DNA of 61,251 nt, counting the filler. It is 6 parts of 6 records of this genome, joined end to end, with 100 filler letters (N's around TTAATTAATTAA, not from the genome) between each part and the next. Parts side by side here need not be neighbours in the genome. Positions count along the whole stretch, not along the records: positions 27,499 to 41,362 come from SRR31156797_8210; positions 41,463 to 50,745 come from SRR31156797_8213; 4 more parts are not named here. One strand, given 5' to 3'. Under the pieces are notes generated by a model, which saw nothing but the letters and a program-made list of their open reading frames with translations, made no database searches and was not told the DNA's origin. A program made the position numbers and the translations under genes. Shown one piece after another: positions 41,226-49,611 of this stretch. The stretch's first letter is position 1. Every line of letters starts with the position of its first letter.

Positions 41226-41362
41226 GGGAAACCGTCAACAAGGGAAGGGTGGTTTAAATTTTAAGGGAGCAGAAAAAAGCCAAGATCAAATGATCTCGGC
41301 TTTTTTCAGGTGTGTTTGGAAGACGTGCTCCCGTTTAATCGTGATTGAGTTTAATTCTCCGC
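41226..41362. mobile_element. Possible end of an insertion sequence at the contig break
   Basis: Abruptly GC-richer stretch starting GGGAAACCGTCAACAA after CTAA (IS5-subgroup-like target), with an internal hairpin; ends at the contig edge. No transposase is visible. Confidence 0.25.
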
Positions 41363-41462
41363 NNNNNNNNNNNNNNNNNNNNNNNNNNNNNNNNNNNNNN
41401 NNNNNNTTAATTAATTAANNNNNNNNNNNNNNNNNNNNNNNNNNNNNNNNNNNNNNNNNNNN

Positions 41463-41517
41463 AAGCTTGTAGAAGCTCATAGCGTCTCTATTTTTGGACA
41501 CGGGTTCAATTCCACCA
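41463..41517 (+). ncRNA. ssrA: tmRNA 3' end, partial and apparently missing about 10 nt of the T-arm/acceptor 3' strand
   Basis: AAGCTTGTAGAAG...TTTTTGGACACGGGTTCAATTCC-ACCA matches the tmRNA 3' pattern (..GTAG..GGACGCGGGTTCRAYTCCCGCCAKCTCCACCA) except for the gap. Confidence 0.7.
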
Positions 41518-41577
41518 ATGAAATCCACGACTGTGACTTTTCTAGAGAGTTACAGGGCGTTAACGAATAGATGAAGT

Positions 41578-41614
41578 AGAGATTAAGACTGTAGAGGTCT
41601 TAATCTCTTTTTTT
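41578..41614 (+). repeat. Hairpin repeat family B, copy 1 (terminator-like); other copies at 49747-49785 and 50608-50646
   Basis: AGAGATTAAGAC-tgtagag-GTCTTAATCTCT plus T-run. Confidence 0.75.
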
Positions 41615-41625
41615 ATTAGGTTAAC

Positions 41626-41654
41626 TTGAAATAATAATGTTAAAGAAGTATAAT
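41626..41654 (+). promoter_or_regulatory. sigma70 promoter (copy 1 of a shared motif)
   Basis: TTGAAA-17 nt-TATAAT, with the spacer ending in AGAAG. Confidence 0.75.
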
Positions 41655-41685
41655 GTTAAATAATGCAAATAAAAAGGGGAATATA

Positions 41686-43446
41686 ATGACATTAAAAGAA
41701 ATAATTGAAGAAGATGAAAAATATCAAAAACTTTTAAAAAGCTTTGGAAACCTCAGAGCAGATACAGAAATTACTTTAGATTCATCAAAAAGAAAATTAG
41801 AAAACCTTAAAGATATTTATGTCGATATAGATGGGAGGTTAGATAATTTAATTTCTACTTCAACAGTTTCTAGTGGAGTAGTAACAGGTTTAAGAGGAAC
41901 AGGGAAAACACATTTATTTTTATTAGCAAAAAATGAAATTAATAAAAATATTATCGAAGGAAAAACAATATGTGTTTATATTAACTTGAAAAGATTTGAT
42001 TTACCAGGTTCTTCCGATAAAGAGATTTTAAATAGAGCATTTAGTTTGTTTTTATATTCAGAAGTTTCTAATCAGTTATTAAAAATCATTAATGATAATA
42101 AAGATAAGGGGTTAATGAGTTCATTTAGAGATTTTTTTAATAATGATAAGAAAAAAATGTTCAAAAATTTAGAAATAGCATTAGATAAAATTTTAGAATT
42201 TAAAAGAATAGCAAAGATTGGAAATCAAGAGCTTACGTATTTAACTAAATCTGATATAGGTTTTGAAGATTTTCAAAAAGAAGTATTAGATTTAAGATTG
42301 AAGCTTAAAAGTGATTGGGATATTAAAAACGCTTCATTAGGAACTGAGTTAGAAACTAAAATTTCCGAAAGTTTGGAAGAAAGTATAAAAAGAAAAGCCG
42401 ATTATTTAAGGTATTTAAATTTAAATGAAATAAGAAATCAATTAGTAGAAATAGTTTCTATTTTAAAAATTGACTCTTTCACTTTTTACTTAGATGAATG
42501 GGAAAAATTATATAATTATCAAAATGCTCAGAAATATATGTCAGAATATATAAATAAAATAATAGAAACACCATTACATTTTTGGCTGGGAATAGTTCCA
42601 CATAGAGGTGGAACATATGGTTTAGTTAGAAGTGCAGATTTAGTCCACACAATTAATCTTGATGAAGGTCTTATATATGAAAACTCAAAAGAAGATAAAC
42701 AGAAGTGTTTGAGCTATTTTAAAAATTTTATCAATAGAAGGTTGAAGTACTATTTAGAGGAAGAATATAACTATAGAGATTTACTAGGAGAGGATAAGAA
42801 ATTAAGTAAATTAGTTATAGCCTCTATGGGAAATAGTAGAGATTTTGGTGTCATGCTTCACCAGTCACTAACAGAATTTAAAAGCAGCGGCAATAATAGA
42901 TTAAAATATATAAGCCTGTCTATGATAAGGAAAGCTATAAAAAAATTAGGAAATGATAAAGTAAGTAATATTTCAAATGATGATAATATTTTAAGAGTTT
43001 GGAATGATCTTGAAAGTTACTGTAAAGATAAAAAAAGTAGCCACTTTGTAATCTTAGATAATTCTGAAAATAAAAGAATTTTGAATGATATTTTATTTTC
43101 AGAATTAATTTATCAAAGAATGCTTCACTTTAGAAAAGAGGGATTATCAGGGAAAGATAAGACAGTAGAAGGTAGGTTATCTTTATATGCCTTGAATTAC
43201 TCTTCGACATATGAATTACATGAAAAAGATAAAAAAATGGAGTTTATGGTTGAATATAATGAAATACATGATAAAGTGAGGAGATATATCTATAATCCTG
43301 TAGAGATTTACAGAAAGATAAAAATCAAAGAGGGAGAGGTTGTTGCTTGTCCTAGTTGTAATGAAGAGATCAACATAATAAAAATGAAAGCAATGTGGGA
43401 TATGAATCTATGCCCGTTTTGTGGTAAGAAACTAAGAGAAGAGTAA
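41686..43446 (+). CDS. P-loop NTPase (ORC/Cdc6- or STAND-like) with C-terminal zinc ribbon
   Basis: Walker A GLRGTGKT, Walker B FYLDEWE, sensor-like GNSRDF, C-terminal CPSC...CPFC. Start moved to 41686 (AAGGGGA RBS; the 41653 start overlaps the -10 box). Confidence 0.75.
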   Translation: MTLKEIIEEDEKYQKLLKSFGNLRADTEITLDSSKRKLENLKDIYVDIDGRLDNLISTSTVSSGVVTGLRGTGKTHLFLLAKNEINKNIIEGKTICVYINLKRFDLPGSSDKEILNRAFSLFLYSEVSNQLLKIINDNKDKGLMSSFRDFFNNDKKKMFKNLEIALDKILEFKRIAKIGNQELTYLTKSDIGFEDFQKEVLDLRLKLKSDWDIKNASLGTELETKISESLEESIKRKADYLRYLNLNEIRNQLVEIVSILKIDSFTFYLDEWEKLYNYQNAQKYMSEYINKIIETPLHFWLGIVPHRGGTYGLVRSADLVHTINLDEGLIYENSKEDKQKCLSYFKNFINRRLKYYLEEEYNYRDLLGEDKKLSKLVIASMGNSRDFGVMLHQSLTEFKSSGNNRLKYISLSMIRKAIKKLGNDKVSNISNDDNILRVWNDLESYCKDKKSSHFVILDNSENKRILNDILFSELIYQRMLHFRKEGLSGKDKTVEGRLSLYALNYSSTYELHEKDKKMEFMVEYNEIHDKVRRYIYNPVEIYRKIKIKEGEVVACPSCNEEINIIKMKAMWDMNLCPFCGKKLREE

Positions 43447-43457
43447 TTTAAAATTAG

Positions 43458-43552
43458 TAGCACATGAGAAAATTAATTCTCATGTGCATTTTTTTCATCT
43501 AACAATTTCTAAATTTTCTTAAACAGCCATAATTGCCCTTCTACCAATTAGC
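43458..43552 (-). repeat. Repeat family A, copy 1: hairpin plus 3' remnant of an antirepressor gene
   Basis: GCACATGAGAA/TTCTCATGTGC hairpin; the minus strand reads QLWLFKKI*KLLDEKNAHEN*. Confidence 0.85.
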
Positions 43553-43582
43553 TTACATATTCATTTTCTTTTGTTTGTTAAC

Positions 43583-43611
43583 TTGAAATAATGATACAAA
43601 AGAAGTATACT
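43583..43611 (+). promoter_or_regulatory. sigma70 promoter (copy 2)
   Basis: TTAACTTGAAATAAT...AAAGAAGTATACT, 17-nt spacer; near-identical to copy 1. Confidence 0.75.
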
Positions 43612-43651
43612 GTTTTAGAGTTAATTAATTATTCTGAGGAGAATTTGTAGA

Positions 43652-46078
43652 ATGCTAAGAAAACAAAAAAATGAAAAGAAATTAATAATAGTTTTAACAA
43701 TAATTTTTGGAATAAGTTTTATTTCAGATATTATTCCTTCGATGGTAGTATCTGGATTATCTTCAAAATTATCAGAGGATGATTTTTATTCTACTGTGTT
43801 AGCTTTATTCCAGATTCAAGCTACTGTTTCAGCATTTGGAATTGCCGTAATCTCTTTAATAGCATCACTACATAATGAGACAGTTTTGGGGATATTTATT
43901 CCTAAATATTTTTTACAATTAAAGAATAAATATTTAAAGCTTAGTTATGTTATTTTGATAAGTTTGTTTTCTTTAATGATATCGTATATATGTATATCTT
44001 TCAAGTTTTATAATTCTGTAATAGCCATTTTTTTTATAGTTATTATTTTGATTATGTATCTTTCAAATGAAGTTTTTTCAATTTTTACTACTAGAAAATC
44101 AAATTTAAAAAAGGAAATTAAAGATTTTATATTAAAACTACCTAATAGAAAGAGATTTAATCTTGTTTTTGATATTGATGATGACATGACTCAACAATAT
44201 GAAAATAACGAGGATTCAAAGTTTAAAGAAAATTTTGAAATGTTAATTGAGATATTTAAGAATGACTATAACGAAATAATAACTATCAAAACAGAAATAG
44301 AATTATGGAGTGATTTATTTAGAAAGAATATTCAAAATTTATATAAAAGAGAGAGTTCTTTACCCGGGGATTTTTCTTCGTATAAATATATATTTGAGTT
44401 AGTTAAAATAGATATCTCAAACAAAGCAAATATTTGGAGTAGTCAAGTTTTGCCTTTTTATACATCATTTAGAGAAAAAGAAGTAATTAAGTATGATGAT
44501 TATTGTATTATAAAAAAAATTAGGAGACAGCTTTATGATAATCTAAATGATTTGGATGAAGCTTATTATTTGTTACCTCATTTTAGTTCCACAATTTACC
44601 ATCATATCTTATTAAATGAATCTGTTGATTTTACTGAGAATTATGAAAAAGTTAATTGTTACAATACAATTAAAAATAATATTAAATATGGATTTAGAAG
44701 TGAGCTTCAGCAAAATATATTATATGATGAGTTACTTAGATATATAATCGCATTAATTCAAAAATATGACTATAAAACTCTAAATAATACGATTATAGAT
44801 GAAATTGAATCTAATAGAACTCTTAATGTTGAAGAATTGGAAATTTTTTATTCAATGTTGATATATCTATATTATTTAATTGAGAAAGAAGAGTTGGTTA
44901 AGAAAGAAATAAAGGAGAAGCATCGACAGTTTATAAATGAAAATAGTTCTTCATTGTATTTTTATTTATTAGCTGTAACTTTTTCTCCAGTAAAAACTAC
45001 TATGGAAAAAATCTTAAAGAATCTTTCAGTATGGGAAATTTATCCTGAAAAAGAAGCTAAGTTTGTAATGATGGAGTCTGTGATTAGAAACTTTTTCATA
45101 TTCAATTCGCTATACTTATCCAAAAATAAAGATGAACTTTATTCAAGGTTGAATAACTTTATTAAAGAAAATGCTTTTTCTACTTATGAAAATTATAATA
45201 TAAAAAAATCTGAAATGTTAGCTAAAGAATATGAGAAGTTTGTAAAACTATTTTATCAACATGCAAGGGAATTTAACTATGAGAAGGCAAAAGAGGAGAT
45301 AATATTATTAGATACTGTAATATCAGAAATATATAAAGTACAAGAATTAAAGGAAAGTTTCAATAATGATTATTCTGAAAGTAAAAAGAATGAATTAATA
45401 AGAAACCTAATGGATAAACTTTCTTTTGAAATTCGAAGAGTATCAAATTTATTTTTAGGAAATAGCAAAGACTATAAGATGATTAAGGTAAAAAAAATAA
45501 TACCTATTGAGTTTCCAATTACATTTGATGCGAATAATGCTGAACTTTATAAAATGTTTATGAATACTTTTATCATATATGTGATACGTTCGATTAATGA
45601 AAAAATTAAAGTGAATAAACTTGATTTTCAAAAGGATGATATATTAGCTAAATTTTTTGGAGAACTGTCAAAACAAGATGTAGTTGTTGATTTATTAATT
45701 GGATATAGAGATTGGTTTTACGATAGTAAAGAGGCTGATCGATTTAATGAATTTCAGAAAGGAATGAAGAAAATTGTAGCACCGTTTAAGTTATCAAATA
45801 TTTTGTTGGCGGTAAATAGTCATTACGTGGCTCTTCAAGTAAACAATATTTCGATTAAGATAGAAAAACTAAACATTGATGAAGTAAAGAAAAAGCTAAA
45901 AAGAGATAAAGAAGGAAAATATTTATTCAATGTAACAAATGAAATATTTTTACCATTTGATGAGAATGAGTTAAAAAATTATATTGATAATACTGAAAGA
46001 GAAATAAAATTGGAAATAGATTATGAAATTGGATTTGCTTCTAATAAAATTGGAGTTTCAATAGTAAATAAAAATTGA
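43652..46078 (+). CDS. Hypothetical protein with about 4 N-terminal TM helices and a large soluble domain
   Basis: 808-aa ORF with GAGGAG RBS and hydrophobic segments in the first roughly 145 aa; no motif recognised. Confidence 0.7.
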   Translation: MLRKQKNEKKLIIVLTIIFGISFISDIIPSMVVSGLSSKLSEDDFYSTVLALFQIQATVSAFGIAVISLIASLHNETVLGIFIPKYFLQLKNKYLKLSYVILISLFSLMISYICISFKFYNSVIAIFFIVIILIMYLSNEVFSIFTTRKSNLKKEIKDFILKLPNRKRFNLVFDIDDDMTQQYENNEDSKFKENFEMLIEIFKNDYNEIITIKTEIELWSDLFRKNIQNLYKRESSLPGDFSSYKYIFELVKIDISNKANIWSSQVLPFYTSFREKEVIKYDDYCIIKKIRRQLYDNLNDLDEAYYLLPHFSSTIYHHILLNESVDFTENYEKVNCYNTIKNNIKYGFRSELQQNILYDELLRYIIALIQKYDYKTLNNTIIDEIESNRTLNVEELEIFYSMLIYLYYLIEKEELVKKEIKEKHRQFINENSSSLYFYLLAVTFSPVKTTMEKILKNLSVWEIYPEKEAKFVMMESVIRNFFIFNSLYLSKNKDELYSRLNNFIKENAFSTYENYNIKKSEMLAKEYEKFVKLFYQHAREFNYEKAKEEIILLDTVISEIYKVQELKESFNNDYSESKKNELIRNLMDKLSFEIRRVSNLFLGNSKDYKMIKVKKIIPIEFPITFDANNAELYKMFMNTFIIYVIRSINEKIKVNKLDFQKDDILAKFFGELSKQDVVVDLLIGYRDWFYDSKEADRFNEFQKGMKKIVAPFKLSNILLAVNSHYVALQVNNISIKIEKLNIDEVKKKLKRDKEGKYLFNVTNEIFLPFDENELKNYIDNTEREIKLEIDYEIGFASNKIGVSIVNKN

Positions 46079-46085
46079 TTAAGAA

Positions 46086-46372
46086 TAGCACATGAAGGAT
46101 TAATTTACTTCATGTGCATTTTTTTCTTCTAGTAACTTCTAAATCTTCTTAAACAACCATAATTGCCCTTTACCAGTCAGCATAGGTTGAAATAACACCT
46201 TCCCTTGAATAGTTCTAGGAACAACAACAAAGTAACCTCTCTTAATAAACTCCTGATAAGGTTTGTTTCTTGTCTTTTTAGAGCTAATTAAAATCTTAGC
46301 ATCTCTCAATAAGTTAAACATTTGATTCCTGCCAAGCTTAAACTCATCATAGCAAACACTAGAAAATTGATT
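46086..46372 (-). pseudogene. Repeat family A, copy 2: phage antirepressor KilAC-domain gene remnant plus hairpin
   Basis: Reads ...DEFKLGRNQMFNLLRDAKILISSKKTRNKPYQEFIKRGYF...LTGKGQLWLFKKI*; paralogous to 47395-47905; 5' part absent. Confidence 0.8.
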
Positions 46373-46382
46373 TTATAAATGG

Positions 46383-46411
46383 TTGAAAAAATTACTGAAT
46401 AGAAGTATACT
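46383..46411 (+). promoter_or_regulatory. sigma70 promoter (copy 3)
   Basis: TTGAAA-17 nt-TATACT, with the spacer ending in AGAAG. Confidence 0.7.
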
Positions 46412-46442
46412 TAAAGACCAAATATAAAAAAGGGGATTAGTC

Positions 46443-46985
46443 ATGATAAAAGAGCAAAAAGAAATTCAAAGTAAGTTTAAAGAAGAAATTATAAAAATTT
46501 GGGAAACAAAAGTATTGCGAGACTATAAGAGAGGTTTTCTTTTAAGGGAAGACACTTTAAAAATAAGGTTTTGTAAGCATATCTTTGATGTGTTTAAGGA
46601 TAAATTTTTTCTTGATAATGAAGTAAGATTATATTCAGAATATACATTCTCTAATACAGGGATGAGAGCTGACTTGGCGTTATTGGATATAGAAAATGAT
46701 GACCCGCTAGTAATTATAGAGCTAAAATACAAAGACCTTAATAATAGAACTGAGTCAAAAATTAAAGAGGATTATGATAAGATGTTAAGATATAAAGATT
46801 TATATAAAAACTGTGACTTGTTTATGGCTGTAGTGAGTGGCAATGTTGATGAAAAAGCTTGTTGTAAATCTTGGATAAAAGATTTTAAAATGAAGACAGA
46901 CTTTAGAAGAGTACGAATAACTGAATTATTGATAGATGAAACGGATGATGGAAAAGTAGAAACAGCAGTTTTTGAATACAGATAA
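46443..46985 (+). CDS. Putative PD-(D/E)XK nuclease-fold protein
   Basis: LREDTL...SEY...RADLALLD...IIELKY...DYDKM arrangement typical of restriction-endonuclease-like folds. Confidence 0.6.
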   Translation: MIKEQKEIQSKFKEEIIKIWETKVLRDYKRGFLLREDTLKIRFCKHIFDVFKDKFFLDNEVRLYSEYTFSNTGMRADLALLDIENDDPLVIIELKYKDLNNRTESKIKEDYDKMLRYKDLYKNCDLFMAVVSGNVDEKACCKSWIKDFKMKTDFRRVRITELLIDETDDGKVETAVFEYR

Positions 46986-47087
46986 TATTTAGAATGATTT
47001 GTGATAGCTTAATTAATTTCTTTACAAACTAAAAATTTTATATTACCATATAGAGCTAGAAAAACAACTCAGGAGGATTTTAATACA

Positions 47088-47364
47088 ATGACAAAGAAAG
47101 AATTCATTGAAAAATATGCAGAAAAAACAGGATTAACTAAATAAAGAAGCAACGGACTATATCGAAGGATTTTTAACTACAGTAGAAGATGTTCTTTCAG
47201 AAGGGGATAAAGTTCCGTTTATTGGATGGGGAACTTTTGAAACTAAAGAAACTAAAGAGAAATTAGGGAGAAATTCTAAAACAGGGGAAAAAGTAATGAT
47301 TTCTGCAAGAAAAGTAGTTAAATTTAAAGCAGGTAAGAAGTTAGCTGAAAAAGTTGATAGATAA
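47088..47364 (+). pseudogene. hup: HU family DNA-binding protein, frameshifted
   Basis: MTKKEFIEKYAEKTGLTK, then an extra T at 47142 creates TAA. The shifted frame continues KEATDYIEGF...IGWGTFE...GRNSKTGE...VVKFKAGKKLAEKVDR*. AGGAGG RBS. Confidence 0.85.
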
Positions 47365-47380
47365 TAAATTTAAATTAATA

Positions 47381-47905
47381 GCACATGAAGGAAATTAATC
47401 CTCATGTGCATTTTTTTCATCTAACAACTTCCTAACCTTTTGAAACAACCAGAGCATTCCCTTGCTACTTAAAAGAGGTTGAAATAACATTCTACCATTG
47501 ATAATTCTAGTAGTAACAACAAAATAACCTCTCTTAATGTACTCTTGATATGGCTTGTTTCTTGTACTCTTTGAACTAATCAATATTTTACTATCTCTTA
47601 ATAGGTCAAATAAACTATTTCGCCCCAATTTAAACTCATCATAAAACACACTTGCAAATTGATTCAAAGAAATAACATTCTCACATGTACTAATATTTTC
47701 AGCAAACTCAACTTTAGGCTGTGCTTCTAAAAGCTTCACACGTAACTCATTAAGCTCGTCATGTAATCCCTCAACTTCAATCTTAGCTTGCTTTGCAATT
47801 GCTTCTATAGCATTTACAGCACCGTTAACCCTAACATCTACATCACTATTACTTTCAACTTCAATCAAATAATTAACAACTGCTTTTGCTACATCAGATT
47901 TCCTG
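47381..47905 (-). pseudogene. Repeat family A, copy 3 (longest): 5'-truncated phage antirepressor with KilAC (ANT) domain plus hairpin
   Basis: AQPKVEFAE, ISLNQFA, LGRNSLFDLLRD, NKPYQEYIKRGYF, LLSSKGMLWL. The N-terminus given in the ORF track (47905-47985) looks spurious. Confidence 0.8.
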
Positions 47906-48139
47906 AATAATAAACAAGCAAAGAAAAGTAAGTGTGAAAAGAGAAGACCTGTACATAAAGTACAGTTATGCACACTATGAGACATTCACGAGGGAGAAAA
48001 AGATGTTATCGTGATCAATGGAGAAAATGTCAGGTAAATAAATGACTATTAAAAAAGTAAAGGAATGGATGTTTCTTGGCGAATATAATAATATGAGAAG
48101 ATAAAGAGAAGTTAATATACTAATTGAAGGAGGTAATGT

Positions 48140-48319
48140 ATGGTCAAATTAAGAGAAGCGATGATTGATGAGGAAATAGAAATAATTTGTGAGAAAAGAG
48201 AAGATAAAGTAGATAAAATGATATCTAGATTTAGATCTAGTCAGAATACAAACAGTAATCTTTTTACTAAGATTCTAAAAAATATAAATATGAAATTAAA
48301 TTCAAAAAATAGATGTTAA
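48140..48319 (+). CDS. Short hypothetical ORF (59 aa), possibly a fragment
   Basis: GGAGGT RBS, MVKLREAMIDEEIEIICEK...; no motif recognised. Confidence 0.3.
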   Translation: MVKLREAMIDEEIEIICEKREDKVDKMISRFRSSQNTNSNLFTKILKNINMKLNSKNRC

Positions 48320-48329
48320 TAAAAGAAAT

Positions 48330-48545
48330 GATTAACTTGAGAAATTTTCACGAGGAGAACTAAGAACTTCGTTAATGATTAAATCTAAAGATGAATTTGG
48401 AGAGCTTTCTAATAGGTTTAATGCTTTTGTTAGTAAATTAAAAATACTATATGAAATTTTAAATCATTAGCATCTACGGTTGAAGAAGACAATATTGAAT
48501 TGTTCAAGTCAATAGATAATGTTATTAATGGAAATAATTCTAAAT
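48330..48545 (+). pseudogene. HAMP-domain/chemoreceptor gene fragment
   Basis: EKFSRGELRTSLMIKSKDEFGELSNRFNAFVSKLK matches the HAMP consensus; a frameshift follows and there is no intact gene. Confidence 0.55.
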
Positions 48546-48650
48546 ATTCAATTGAAGATCTAAAATTTTTTAAATTAGATAATAAATTTGAAATGATTGC
48601 AGAAAAAGAAAGTATATTTGAAAAACGTCATTTTGCTTAAAAAAAATGAT

Positions 48651-48733
48651 AATGCACATGAGGAACTTAACCCTCATGTGCATTTTTTTCATCTAATAAC
48701 TTCTGAATCCTCTTAAATAGCCACAATTGCCTT
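48651..48733 (-). repeat. Repeat family A, copy 4: hairpin plus short antirepressor remnant, cut off at a REP
   Basis: AATGCACATGAGG/CCTCATGTGCATT; the minus strand reads QLWLFKRIQKLLDEKNAHEG*. Confidence 0.85.
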
Positions 48734-48836
48734 GGGCGTTATAAATAACGCCCGTACGGGATGAAGTTTTATGTGTTTAAGGAAACAGCACGGAATGCCA
48801 TGGATTTAACCTGTACGGATGTTATTTATAACATCC
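48734..48836. repeat. Pair of REP-like palindromes in opposite orientation upstream of the transposase
   Basis: 48734-48757 is the reverse complement of GTACGGGCGTTATTTATAACGCCC; 48813-48836 is GTACGGATGTTATTTATAACATCC. Confidence 0.75.
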
Positions 48837-48984
48837 AACTTCCAAGATAGCAACCTGAAAAAAAGTAATTAAAACAACCGATTAGATGATATATAATGAA
48901 AAGAGTTGCGTAGAAGCTCATTTACTATTTGCTATCTGAATGTATATACAGTAAAATAGATTAATTTATTTTAGGCGGTGGGGC

Positions 48985-49527
48985 ATGAGATACAATCCAG
49001 ATTATCATAAAAGAAATTCTCAAAGATTAAAAGGACATGATTACTCAAAAGCAGGATTATACTTTATCACAATTTGCACTTTTGAAGGAGAGCGATGTTT
49101 CGGAGAAATAATAGATGGGGAAATGAATCTTAATTTTGCTGGCAAAATTGCTAATGATGAATGGTATAAATTAGCTGAAAGATTTGAAAATATTAAACTT
49201 CATGAATTTATCGTTATGCCGAATCATATTCACGGAATAATTGAAATTATAGATGACTTAAAATCAAATGATATTGAGAGAAATAATGAAAACTATTACT
49301 CGCAAATCTCACCTAAATCAAACACACTATCAATTTTAATCCGAAGCTATAAATCATGTGTATCAAAAACCATCCGTACGGGTGTTATTAATAACACCCA
49401 ACGTTATTTCAGGTGGCATAGAAATTATTATGATAATATTATTAGGGATAAGGAAACATTTGAAAAGGTATCAAACTATATTAGGAATAACCCTAAAAAT
49501 TGGAAAGAGGATAAATTTTTTGAGTAA
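48985..49527 (+). mobile_element. REP-associated tyrosine (Y1/HUH, IS200-like) transposase
   Basis: RLKGHDYSKAGLYFITICT, FIVMPNHIHGII (HUH), WHRNYYDNIIR, YIRNNPKNW (catalytic Tyr). Confidence 0.88.
49376..49399 (+). repeat. Third REP-like palindrome, inside the transposase CDS
   Basis: GTACGGGTGTTATTAATAACACCC, read through in frame as RTGVINNTQ. Confidence 0.75.
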
Positions 49528-49611
49528 ATAGTATTATTCGTAGCAATAGCTAACTAAATTCAGTTACGGTATAATGATAATAATTAAATTATTGCTATTT
49601 ATGGAGGGGTT

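Noticed and set aside
40792-41700. XRE regulator as repressor of the tmRNA island
   Set aside because: It lies on a different contig across an artificial spacer; adjacency is not established.
47136-47146. Programmed frameshift in HU
   Set aside because: There is no known precedent and no stimulatory structure is seen; mutation or sequencing error is simpler.
47905-47985. N-terminus MSHSVHNCTLC of the antirepressor ORF
   Set aside because: It has no RBS and reads as chance open frame across a deletion junction; the gene is treated as 5'-truncated.
43458-48733. Repeats as a CRISPR array
   Set aside because: Spacing is 1.3-2.6 kb, the copies are diverged and of unequal length, and no cas genes are present.
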